Shown here: positions 25,401-39,000 of the stretch, piece after piece
Numbering within the stretch: the first letter of the stretch is position 1
Layout: every line of letters begins with the position of its first letter
Source: Auanema rhodensis
Lineage: Eukaryota; Animalia; Nematoda
Reading direction: 5' to 3'
DNA length: 64,000 bases
Assembly (NCBI GenBank): GCA_964057225.1
Contig: OZ059896.1
Coordinates: 19,964,001 to 20,028,000 of the forward strand
Notes under the pieces: generated by a model
The model's database searches: none
What the model was told of the DNA's origin: nothing
Seen by the model: only the letters and a program-made list of their open reading frames with translations
Made by a program: the position numbers and the translations under genes

Positions 25401-26678
25401 TCCGCATCGAATGCACTATACTACATTGAGAAACGCTTGATACAAAAATTAGTTATGATCGTTTGAAAAATGATGCATTAGTGTATGTTGAGTTTCCATG
25501 TACACTCAACATTGCTTCCAAAAACATTTTGACAAAAATTTTTTCGAAAAATTTCAAAATAATTTAGCAAAAAGTAGATGTTTTTAGATTCCATTTTTCA
25601 AGGCAAAGACGATGGACAGTGGTATTCAACGAAAAAATTAATTCTTCAGGGTGAAAATCGAGGATATAAGTGTGAACTTATATCAGTTGATATCTCGGTG
25701 CATTTTTAAGCTAGCGCAAATCTGATAACACAGATCGACGCAGCTTAAAAATCCGCATCGAATGCACTATACTACATTGAGAAACGCTTAATACAAAAAT
25801 TAGTTATGATCGTTTGAAAAATGATGCATTAGTGTATGTTGAGTTTCCATGTACACTCAACATTGCTTCCAAAAACATTTTGACAAAAATTTTTTCGAAA
25901 AATTTCAAAATAATTTAGCAAAAAGTAGATGTTTTTAGATTCCTTTATTCAAGGCAAAGACGATGGACAATGTTATTCAACGAAAAAATTAATTCTTCAG
26001 GGTGAAAATCGAGGATATAAGTGTGAACTTATATCAGTTGATATCTCGGTGCATTTTTAAGCTAGCGCAAATCTGATAACACAGATCGACGCAGCTTAAA
26101 AATCCGCATCGAATGCACTATACTACATTGAGAAACGCTTAATACAAAAATTAGTTATGATCGTTTGAAAAATGATGCATTAGTGTATGTTGAGTTTCCA
26201 TGTACACTCAACATTGCTTCCAAAAACATTTTGACAAAAATTTTTTCGAAAAATTTCAAATAAATTTAGCAAAAAGTAGATGTTTTTAGATTCCTTTATT
26301 CAAGGCAAAGACGATGGACAATGTTATTCAACGAAAAAATTAATTCTTCAGGGTGAAAATCGAGGATATAAGTGTAAACTTATATCAGTTGATATCTCGG
26401 TGCATTTTTAAGCTAGCGCAAATCTGATAACACAGATCGACGCAGCTTAAAAATCCGCATCGAATGCACTATACTACATTGAGAAACGCTTGATACAAAA
26501 ATTAGTTATGATCGTTTGAAAAATGATGCATTAGTGTATGTTGAGTTTCCATGTACACTCAACATTGCTTCCAAAAACATTTTGACAAAAATTTTTTCGA
26601 AAAATTTCAAAATAATTTAGCAAAAAGTAGATGTTTTTAGATTCCATTTTTCAAGGCAAAGACGATGGACAGTGGTAT
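22465..26678 (+). repeat. Trimeric higher-order repeat (1053/1054 bp x4)
   Basis: AAATAAATTT, GTAAA and CAGTGGT variants recur every third monomer. A T insertion (GCTATGCGC) is present in copies 2 and 3 at 24308 and 25362. Confidence 0.92.
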
Positions 26679-27029
26679 TCAACGAAAAAATTAATTCTTC
26701 AGGGTGAAAATCGAGGATATAAGTGTGAACTTATATCAGTTGATATCTCGGTGCATTTTTAAGCTAGCGCAAATCTGATAACACAGATCGACGCAGCTTA
26801 AAAATCCGCATCGAATGCACTATACTACATTGAGAAACGCTTAATACAAAAATTAGTTATGATCGTTTGAAAAATGATGCATTAGTGTATGTTGAGTTTC
26901 CATGTACACTCAACATTGCTTCCAAAAACATTTTGACAAAAATTTTTTCGAAAAATTTCAAAATAATTTAGCAAAAAGTAGATGTTTTTAGATTCCATTT
27001 TTCAAGGCAAAGACGATGGACAGTGGTAT

Positions 27030-30000
27030 TCAACGAAAAAATTAATTCTTCAGGGTGAAAATCGAGGATATAAGTGTGAACTTATATCAGTTGATATCTC
27101 GGTGCATTTTTAAGCTAGCGCAAATCTGATAACACAGATCGACGCAGCTTAAAAATCCGCATCGAATGCACTATACTACATTGAGAAACGCTTAATACAA
27201 AAATTAGTTATGATCGTTTGAAAAATGATGCATTAGTGTATGTTGAGTTTCCATGTACACTCAACATTGCTTCCAAAAACATTTTGACAAAAATTTTTTC
27301 GAAAAATTTCAAAATAATTTAGCAAAAAGTAGATGTTTTTAGATTCCTTTATTCAAGGCAAAGACGATGGACAAAGTTATTCAACGAAAAAATTAATTCT
27401 TCAGGGTGAAAATCGAGGATATAAGTGTGAACTTATATCAGTTGATATCTCGGTGCATTTTTAAGCTAGCGCAAATCTGATAACACAGATCGACGCAGCT
27501 TAAAAATCCGCATCGAATGCACTATACTACATTGAGAAACGCTTAATACAAAAATTAGTTATGATCGTTTGAAAAATGATGCATTAGTGTATGTTGAGTT
27601 TCCATGTACACTCAACATTGCTTCCAAAAACATTTTGACAAAAATTTTTTCGAAAAATTTCAAAATAATTTAGTAAAAAGTAGATGTTTTTAGATTCCTT
27701 TATTCAAGGCAAAGACGATGGACAATGTTATTCAACAAAAAAATTAATTCTTCAGGGTGAAAATCGAGGATATAAGTGTGAACTTATATCAGTTGATATC
27801 TCGGTGCATTTTTAAGCTAGCGCAAATCTGATAACACAGATCGACGCAGCTTAAAAATCCGCATTGAATACACTATACTACATTGAGAAACGCTTGATAC
27901 AAAATTTAGTTATGATCGTTTGAAAAATGATGCATTAGTGTATGTTGAGTTTCCATGTACACTCAACATTGCTTCCAAAAACATTTTGACAAAAATTTTT
28001 TCGAAAAATTTCAAAATAATTTAGCAAAAAGTAGATGTTTTTAGATTCCATTTTTCAAGGCAAAGACGATGGACAATGTTATTCAACGGAAAAATTATTT
28101 CTTCAGGGTGAAAATCGAGGATATAAGTGTGAACTTATATCAGTTGATATCTCGGTGCATTTTTAAGCTAGCGCAAATCTGATAACACAGATCGACGCAG
28201 CTTAAAAATCCGCATCGAATGCACTATACTACATTGAGAAACGCTTAATACAAAAATTAGTTATGATCGTTTGAAAAATGATGCATTAGTGTATGTTGAG
28301 TTTCCATGTACACTCAACATTGCTTCCAAAAACATTTTGACAAAAATTTTTTCGAAAAATTTCAAAATAATTTAGCAAAAAGTAGATGTTTTTAGATTCC
28401 ATTTTTCAAGGCAAACACGATGGACAATGTTATTCAACGGAAAAATTATTTCTTCAGGGTGAAAATCGAGGATATAAGTGTGAACTTATATCAGTTGATA
28501 TCTCGGTGCATTTTTAAGCTAGCGCAAATCTGATAACACAGATCGACGCAGCTTAAAAATCCGCATCGAATGCACTATACTACATTGAGAAACGCTTAAT
28601 ACAAAAATTAGTTATGATCGTTTGAAAAATGATGCATTAGTGTATGTTGAGTTTCCATGTACACTCAACATTGCTTCCAAAAACATTTTGACAAAAATTT
28701 TTTCGAAAAATTTCAAAATAATTTAGCAAAAAGTAGATGTTTTTAGATTCCATTTTTCAAGGCAAAGACGATGGACAGTGGTATTCAACGAAAAAATTAA
28801 TTCTTCAGGGTGAAAATCGAGGATATAAGTGTGAACTTATATCAGTTGATATCTCGGTGCATTTTTAAGCTAGCGCAAATCTGATAACACAGATCGACGC
28901 AGCTTAAAAATCCGCATCGAATGCACTATACTACATTGAGAAACGCTTGATACAAAAATTAGTTATGATCGTTTGAAAAATGATGCATTAGTGTATGTTG
29001 AGTTTCCATGTACACTCAACATTGCTTCCAAAAACATTTTGACAAAAATTTTTTCGAAAAATTTCAAAATAATTTAGCAAAAAGTAGATGTTTTTAGATT
29101 CCATTTTTCAAGGCAAAGACGATGGACAGTGGTATTCAACGAAAAAATTAATTCTTCAGGGTGAAAATCGAGGATATAAGTGTGAACTTATATCAGTTGA
29201 TATCTCGGTGCATTTTTAAGCTAGCGCAAATCTGATAACACAGATCGACGCAGCTTAAAAATCCGCATCGAATGCACTATACTACATTGAGAAACGCTTA
29301 ATACAAAAATTAGTTATGATCGTTTGAAAAATGATGCATTAGTGTATGTTGAGTTTCCATGTACACTCAACATTGCTTCCAAAAACATTTTGACAAAAAT
29401 TTTTTCGAAAAATTTCAAAATAATTTAGCAAAAAGTAGATGTTTTTAGATTCCTTTATTCAAGGCAAAGACGATGGACAATGTTATTCAACGAAAAAATT
29501 AATTCTTCAGGGTGAAAATCGAGGATATAAGTGTGAACTTATATCAGTTGATATCTCGGTGCATTTTTAAGCTAGCGCAAATCTGATAACACAGATCGAC
29601 GCAGCTTAAAAATCCGCATCGAATGCACTATACTACATTGAGAAACGCTTAATACAAAAATTAGTTATGATCGTTTGAAAAATGATGCATTAGTGTATGT
29701 TGAGTTTCCATGTACACTCAACATTGCTTCCAAAAACATTTTGACAAAAATTTTTTCGAAAAATTTCAAAATAATTTAGCAAAAAGTAGATGTTTTTAGA
29801 TTCCTTTATTCAAGGCAAAGACGATGGACAATGTTATTCAACAAAAAAATTAATTCTTCAGGGTGAAAATCGAGGATATAAGTGTGAACTTATATCAGTT
29901 GATATCTCGGTGCATTTTTAAGCTAGCGCAAATCTGATAACACAGATCGACGCAGCTTAAAAATCCGCATCGAATGCACTATACTACATTGAGAAACGCT

Positions 30001-33000
30001 TAATACAAAAATTAGTTATGATCGTTTGAAAAATGATGCATTAGTGTATGTTGAGTTTCCATGTACACTCAACATTGCTTCCAAAAACATTTTGACAAAA
30101 ATTTTTTCGAAAAATTTCAAAATAATTTAGCAAAAAGTAGATGTTTTTAGATTCCTTTATTCAAGGCAAAGACGATGGACAATGTTATTCAACAAAAAAA
30201 TTAATTCTTCAGGGTGAAAATCGAGGATATAAGTGTGAACTTATATCAGTTGATATCTCGGTGCATTTTTAAGCTAGCGCAAATCTGATAACACAGATCG
30301 ACGCAGCTTAAAAATCCGCATCGAATGCACTATACTACATTGAGAAACGCTTGATACAAAAATTAGTTAAGATCGTTTGAAAAATGATGCATTAGTGTAT
30401 GTTGAGTTTCCATGTACACTCAACATTGCTTCCAAAAACATTTTGACAAAAATTTTTTCGAAAAATTTCAAAATAATTTAGCAAAAAGTAGATGTTTTTA
30501 GATTCCATTTTTCAAGGCAAACACGATGGACAATGTTATTCAACGGAAAAATTATTTCTTCAGGGTGAAAATCGAGGATATAAGTGTGAACTTATATCAG
30601 TTGATATCTCGGTGCATTTTTAAGCTAGCGCAAATCTGATAACACAGATCGACGCAGCTTAAAAATCCGCATCGAATGCACTATACTACATTGAGAAACG
30701 CTTGATACAAAAATTAGTTAAGATCGTTTGAAAAATGATGCATTAGTGTATGTTGAGTTTCCATGTACACTCAACATTGCTTCCAAAAACATTTTGACAA
30801 AAATTTTTTCGAAAAATTTCAAAATAATTTAGCAAAAAGTAGATGTTTTTAGATTCCATTTTTCAAGGCAAACACGATGGACAATGTTATTCAACGGAAA
30901 AATTATTTCTTCAGGGTGAAAATCGAGGATATAAGTGTGAACTTATATCAGTTGATATCTCGGTGCATTTTTAAGCTAGCGCAAATCTGATAACACAGAT
31001 CGACGCAGCTTAAAAATCCGCATCGAATGCACTATACTACATTGAGAAACGCTTAATACAAAAATTAGTTATGATCGTTTGAAAAATGATGCATTAGTGT
31101 ATGTTGAGTTTCCATGTACACTCAACATTGCTTCCAAAAACATTTTGACAAAAATTTTTTCGAAAAATTTCAAAATAATTTAGCAAAAAGTAGATGTTTT
31201 TAGATTCCATTTTTCAAGGCAAAGACGATGGACAATGTTATTCAACGGAAAAATTATTTCTTCAGGGTGAAAATCGAGGATATAAGTGTGAACTTATATC
31301 AGTTGATATCTCGGTGCATTTGTAAGCTAGCGCAAATCTGATAACACAGATCGAAGCAGCTTAAAAATCCGCATCGAATGCACTATACTACATTGAGAAA
31401 CGCTTCATACAAAAATTAGTTATGATCGTTTGAAAAATGATGCATTAGTGTATGTTGAGTTTCCATGTACACTCAACATTGCTTCCAAAAACATTTTGAC
31501 AAAAATTTTTTCGAAAAATTTCGAAATAATTTAGCAAAAAGTAGATGTTTTTAAATTCCTTTATTCAAGGCAAAGACGATGGACAATGTTATTCAACGGA
31601 AAAATTATTTCTTCAGGGTGAAAATCGAGGATATAAGTGTGAACTTATATCAGTTGATATCTCGGTGCATTTTTAAGCTAGCGCAAATCTGATAACACAG
31701 ATCGACGCAGCTTAAAAATCCGCATCGAATGCACTATACTACATTGAGAAACGCTTAATACAAAAATTAGTTATGATCGTTTGAAAAATGATGCATTAGT
31801 GTATGTTGAGTTTCCATGTACACTCAACATTGCTTCCAAAAACATTTTGACAAAAATTTTTTCGAAAAATTTCAAAATAATTTAGCAAAAAGTAGATGTT
31901 TTTAGATTCCATTTTTCAAGGCAAAGACGATGGACAATGTTATTCAACGGAAAAATTATTTCTTCAGGGTGAAAATCGAGGATATAAGTGTGAACTTATA
32001 TCAGTTGATATCTCGGTGCATTTGTAAGCTAGCGCAAATCTGATAACACAGATCGAAGCAGCTTAAAAATCCGCATCGAATGCACTATACTACATTGAGA
32101 AACGCTTCATACAAAAATTAGTTATGATCGTTTGAAAAATGATGCATTAGTGTATGTTGAGTTTCCATGTACACTCAACATTGCTTCCAAAAACATTTTG
32201 ACAAAAATTTTTTCGAAAAATTTCGAAATAATTTAGCAAAAAGTAGATGTTTTTAAATTCCTTTATTCAAGGCAAAGACGATGGACAATGTTATTCAACG
32301 AAAAAATTAATTCTTCAGGGTGAAAATCGAGGATATAAGTGTGAACTTATATCAGTTGATATCTCGGTGCATTTTTAAGCTAGCGCAAATCTGATAACAC
32401 AGATCGACGCAGCTTAAAAATCCGCATCGAATGCACTATACTACATTGAAAAACGCTTAATACAAAAATTAGTTATGATCGTTTGAAAAATGATGCATTA
32501 GTGTATGTTGAGTTTCCATGTACACTCAACATTGCTTCCAAAAACATTTTGACAAAAATTTTTTCGAAAAATTTCGAAATAATTTAGCAAAAAGTAGATG
32601 TTTTTAAATTCCTTTATTCAAGGCAAAGACGATGGACAATGTTATTCAACGAAAAAATTAATTCTTCAGGGTGAAAATCGAGGATATAAGTGTGAACTTA
32701 TATCAGTTGATATCTCGGTGCATTTTTAAGCTAGCGCAAATCTGATAACACAGATCGACGCAGCTTAAAAATCCGCATTGAATGCACTATACTACATTGA
32801 GAAACGCTTAATACAAAAATTAGTTATGATCGTTTGAAAAATGATGCATTAGTGTATGTTGAGTTTCCATGTACACTCAACATTGCTTCCAAAAACATTT
32901 TGACAAAAATTTTTTCGAAAAATTTCAAAATAATTTAGCAAAAAGTAGATGTTTTTAGATTCCATTTTTCAAGGCAAAGACGATGGACAGTGTTATTCAA

Positions 33001-36000
33001 CGAAAAAATTAATTCTTCAGGGTGAAAATCGAGGATATAAGTGTGAACTTATATCAGTTGATATCTCGGTGCATTTTTAAGCTAGCGCAAATCTGATAAC
33101 ACAGATCGACGCAGCTTAAAAATCCGCATCGAATGCACTATACTACATTGAGAAACGCTTAATACAAAAATTAGTTATGATCGTTTGAAAAATGATGCAT
33201 TAGTGTATGTTGAGTTTCCATGTACACTCAACATTGCTTCCAAAAACATTTTGACAAAAATTTTTTCGAAAAATTTCAAAATAATTTAGCAAAAAGTAGA
33301 TGTTTTTAGATTCCTTTATTCAAGGCAAAGACGATGGACAAAGTTATTCAACGAAAAAATTAATTCTTCAGGGTGAAAATCGAGGATATAAGTGTGAACT
33401 TATATCAGTTGATATCTCGGTGCATTTTTAAGCTAGCGCAAATCTGATAACACAGATCGACGCAGCTTAAAAATCCGCATCGAATGCACTATACTACATT
33501 GAGAAACGCTTAATACAAAAATTAGTTATGATCGTTTGAAAAATGATGCATTAGTGTATGTTGAGTTTCCATGTACACTCAACATTGCTTCCAAAAACAT
33601 TTTGACAAAAATTTTTTCGAAAAATTTCAAAATAATTTAGTAAAAAGTAGATGTTTTTAGATTCCTTTATTCAAGGCAAAGACGATGGACAATGTTATTC
33701 AACAAAAAAATTAATTCTTCAGGGTGAAAATCGAGGATATAAGTGTGAACTTATATCAGTTGATATCTCGGTGCATTTTTAAGCTAGCGCAAATCTGATA
33801 ACACAGATCGACGCAGCTTAAAAATCCGCATTGAATGCACTATACTACATTGAGAAACGCTTAATACAAAAATTAGTTATGATCGTTTGAAAAATGATGC
33901 ATTAGTGTATGTTGAGTTTCCATGTACACTCAACATTGCTTCCAAAAACATTTTGACAAAAATTTTTTCGAAAAATTTCAAAATAATTTAGTAAAAAGTA
34001 GATGTTTTTAGATTCCTTTATTCAAGGCAAAGACGATGGACAATGTTATTCAACAAAAAAATTAATTCTTCAGGGTGAAAATCGAGGATATAAGTGTGAA
34101 CTTATATCAGTTGATATCTCGGTGCATTTTTAAGCTAGCGCAAATCTGATAACACAGATCGAAGCAGCTTAAAAATCCGCATCGAATGCACTATACTACA
34201 TTGAGAAACGCTTCATACAAAAATTAGTTATGATCGTTTGAAAAATGATGCATTAGTGTATGTTGAGTTTCCATGTACACTCAACATTGCTTCCAAAAAC
34301 ATTTTGACAAAAATTTTTTCGAAAAATTTCGAGATAATTTAGCAAAAAGTAGATGTTTTTAAATTCCTTTATTCAAGGCAAAGACGATGGACAATGTTAT
34401 TCAACGGAAAAATTATTTCTTCAGGGTGAAAATCGAGGATATAAGTGTGAACTTATATCAGTTGATATCTCGGTGCATTTTTAAGCTAGCGCAAATCTGA
34501 TAACACAGATCGACGCAGCTTAAAAATCCGCATCGAATGCACTATACTACATTGAGAAACGCTTAATACAAAAATTAGTTATGATCGTTTGAAAAATGAT
34601 GCATTAGTGTATGTTGAGTTTCCATGTACACTCAACATTGCTTCCAAAAACATTTTGACAAAAATTTTTTCGAAAAATTTCAAAATAATTTAGCAAAAAG
34701 TAGATGTTTTTAGATTCCATTTTTCAAGGCAAAGACGATGGACAATGTTATTCAACGGAAAAATTATTTCTTCAGGGTGAAAATCGAGGATATAAGTGTG
34801 AACTTATATCAGTTGATATCTCGGTGCATTTGTAAGCTAGCGCAAATCTGATAACACAGATCGAAGCAGCTTAAAAATCCGCATCGAATGCACTATACTA
34901 CATTGAGAAACGCTTCATACAAAAATTAGTTATGATCGTTTGAAAAATGATGCATTAGTGTATGTTGAGTTTCCATGTACACTCAACATTGCTTCCAAAA
35001 ACATTTTGACAAAAATTTTTTCGAAAAATTTCGAAATAATTTAGCAAAAAGTAGATGTTTTTAAATTCCTTTATTCAAGGCAAAGACGATGGACAATGTT
35101 ATTCAACGAAAAAATTAATTCTTCAGGGTGAAAATCGAGGATATAAGTGTGAACTTATATCAGTTGATATCTCGGTGCATTTTTAAGCTAGCGCAAATCT
35201 GATAACACAGATCGACGCAGCTTAAAAATCCGCATCGAATGCACTATACTACATTGAAAAACGCTTAATACAAAAATTAGTTATGATCGTTTGAAAAATG
35301 ATGCATTAGTGTATGTTGAGTTTCCATGTACACTCAACATTGCTTCCAAAAACATTTTGACAAAAATTTTTTCGAAAAATTTCGAAATAATTTAGCAAAA
35401 AGTAGATGTTTTTAAATTCCTTTATTCAAGGCAAAGACGATGGACAATGTTATTCAACGAAAAAATTAATTCTTCAGGGTGAAAATCGAGGATATAAGTG
35501 TGAACTTATATCAGTTGATATCTCGGTGCATTTTTAAGCTAGCGCAAATCTGATAACACAGATCGACGCAGCTTAAAAATCCGCATTGAATGCACTATAC
35601 TACATTGAGAAACGCTTAATACAAAAATTAGTTATGATCGTTTGAAAAATGATGCATTAGTGTATGTTGAGTTTCCATGTACACTCAACATTGCTTCCAA
35701 AAACATTTTGACAAAAATTTTTTCGAAAAATTTCAAAATAATTTAGCAAAAAGTAGATGTTTTTAGATTCCATTTTTCAAGGCAAAGACGATGGACAGTG
35801 GTATTCAACGAAAAAATTAATTCTTCAGGGTGAAAATCGAGGATATAAGTGTGAACTTATATCAGTTGATATCTCGGTGCATTTTTAAGCTAGCGCAAAT
35901 CTGATAACACAGATCGACGCAGCTTAAAAATCCGCATCGAATGCACTATACTACATTGAGAAACGCTTAATACAAAAATTAGTTATGATCGTTTGAAAAA

Positions 36001-39000
36001 TGATGCATTAGTGTATGTTGAGTTTCCATGTACACTCAACATTGCTTCCAAAAACATTTTGACAAAAATTTTTTCGAAAAATTTCAAAATAATTTAGCAA
36101 AAAGTAGATGTTTTTAGATTCCTTTATTCAAGGCAAAGACGATGGACAAAGTTATTCAACGAAAAAATTAATTCTTCAGGGTGAAAATCGAGGATATAAG
36201 TGTGAACTTATATCAGTTGATATCTCGGTGCATTTTTAAGCTAGCGCAAATCTGATAACACAGATCGACGCAGCTTAAAAATCCGCATCGAATGCACTAT
36301 ACTACATTGAGAAACGCTTAATACAAAAATTAGTTATGATCGTTTGAAAAATGATGCATTAGTGTATGTTGAGTTTCCATGTACACTCAACATTGCTTCC
36401 AAAAACATTTTGACAAAAATTTTTTCGAAAAATTTCAAAATAATTTAGTAAAAAGTAGATGTTTTTAGATTCCTTTATTCAAGGCAAAGACGATGGACAA
36501 TGTTATTCAACAAAAAAATTAATTCTTCAGGGTGAAAATCGAGGATATAAGTGTGAACTTATATCAGTTGATATCTCGGTGCATTTTTAAGCTAGCGCAA
36601 ATCTGATAACACAGATCGACGCAGCTTAAAAATCCGCATTGAATACACTATACTACATTGAGAAACGCTTGATACAAAATTTAGTTATGATCGTTTGAAA
36701 AATGATGCATTAGTGTATGTTGAGTTTCCATGTACACTCAACATTGCTTCCAAAAACATTTTGACAAAAATTTTTTCGAAAAATTTCAAAATAATTTAGC
36801 AAAAAGTAGATGTTTTTAGATTCCATTTTTCAAGGCAAAGACGATGGACAATGTTATTCAACGGAAAAATTATTTCTTCAGGGTGAAAATCTAGGATATA
36901 AGTGTGAACTTATATCAGTTGATATCTCGGTGCATTTTTAAGCTAGCGCAAATCTGATAACACAGATCGACGCAGCTTAAAAATCCGCATCGAATGCACT
37001 ATACTACATTGAGAAACGCTTAATACAAAAATTAGTTATGATCGTTTGAAAAATGATGCATTAGTGTATGTTGAGTTTCCATGTACACTCAACATTGCTT
37101 CCAAAAACATTTTGACAAAAATTTTTTCGAAAAATTTCAAAATAATTTAGCAAAAAGTAGATGTTTTTAGATTCCATTTTTCAAGGCAAACACGATGGAC
37201 AATGTTATTCAACGGAAAAATTATTTCTTCAGGGTGAAAATCGAGGATATAAGTGTGAACTTATATCAGTTGATATCTCGGTGCATTTTTAAGCTAGCGC
37301 AAATCTGATAACACAGATCGACGCAGCTTAAAAATCCGCATCGAATGCACTATACTACATTGAGAAACGCTTAATACAAAAATTAGTTATGATCGTTTGA
37401 AAAATGATGCATTAGTGTATGTTGAGTTTCCATGTACACTCAACATTGCTTCCAAAAACATTTTGACAAAAATTTTTTCGAAAAATTTCAAAATAATTTA
37501 GCAAAAAGTAGATGTTTTTAGATTCCATTTTTCAAGGCAAAGACGATGGACAGTGGTATTCAACGAAAAAATTAATTCTTCAGGGTGAAAATCGAGGATA
37601 TAAGTGTGAACTTATATCAGTTGATATCTCGGTGCATTTTTAAGCTAGCGCAAATCTGATAACACAGATCGACGCAGCTTAAAAATCCGCATCGAATGCA
37701 CTATACTACATTGAGAAACGCTTGATACAAAAATTAGTTATGATCGTTTGAAAAATGATGCATTAGTGTATGTTGAGTTTCCATGTACACTCAACATTGC
37801 TTCCAAAAACATTTTGACAAAAATTTTTTCGAAAAATTTCAAAATAATTTAGCAAAAAGTAGATGTTTTTAGATTCCATTTTTCAAGGCAAAGACGATGG
37901 ACAGTGGTATTCAACGAAAAAATTAATTCTTCAGGGTGAAAATCGAGGATATAAGTGTGAACTTATATCAGTTGATATCTCGGTGCATTTTTAAGCTAGC
38001 GCAAATCTGATAACACAGATCGACGCAGCTTAAAAATCCGCATCGAATGCACTATACTACATTGAGAAACGCTTAATACAAAAATTAGTTATGATCGTTT
38101 GAAAAATGATGCATTAGTGTATGTTGAGTTTCCATGTACACTCAACATTGCTTCCAAAAACATTTTGACAAAAATTTTTTCGAAAAATTTCAAAATAATT
38201 TAGCAAAAAGTAGATGTTTTTAGATTCCTTTATTCAAGGCAAAGACGATGGACAATGTTATTCAACGAAAAAATTAATTCTTCAGGGTGAAAATCGAGGA
38301 TATAAGTGTGAACTTATATCAGTTGATATCTCGGTGCATTTTTAAGCTAGCGCAAATCTGATAACACAGATCGACGCAGCTTAAAAATCCGCATCGAATG
38401 CACTATACTACATTGAGAAACGCTTAATACAAAAATTAGTTATGATCGTTTGAAAAATGATGCATTAGTGTATGTTGAGTTTCCATGTACACTCAACATT
38501 GCTTCCAAAAACATTTTGACAAAAATTTTTTCGAAAAATTTCAAAATAATTTAGCAAAAAGTAGATGTTTTTAGATTCCTTTATTCAAGGCAAAGACGAT
38601 GGACAATGTTATTCAACAAAAAAATTAATTCTTCAGGGTGAAAATCGAGGATATAAGTGTGAACTTATATCAGTTGATATCTCGGTGCATTTTTAAGCTA
38701 GCGCAAATCTGATAACACAGATCGACGCAGCTTAAAAATCCGCATCGAATGCACTATACTACATTGAGAAACGCTTGATACAAAAATTAGTTAAGATCGT
38801 TTGAAAAATGATGCATTAGTGTATGTTGAGTTTCCATGTACACTCAACATTGCTTCCAAAAACATTTTGACAAAAATTTTTTCGAAAAATTTCAAAATAA
38901 TTTAGCAAAAAGTAGATGTTTTTAGATTCCTTTATTCAAGGCAAAGACGATGGACAATGTTATTCAACGAAAAAATTAATTCTTCAGGGTGAAAATCGAG

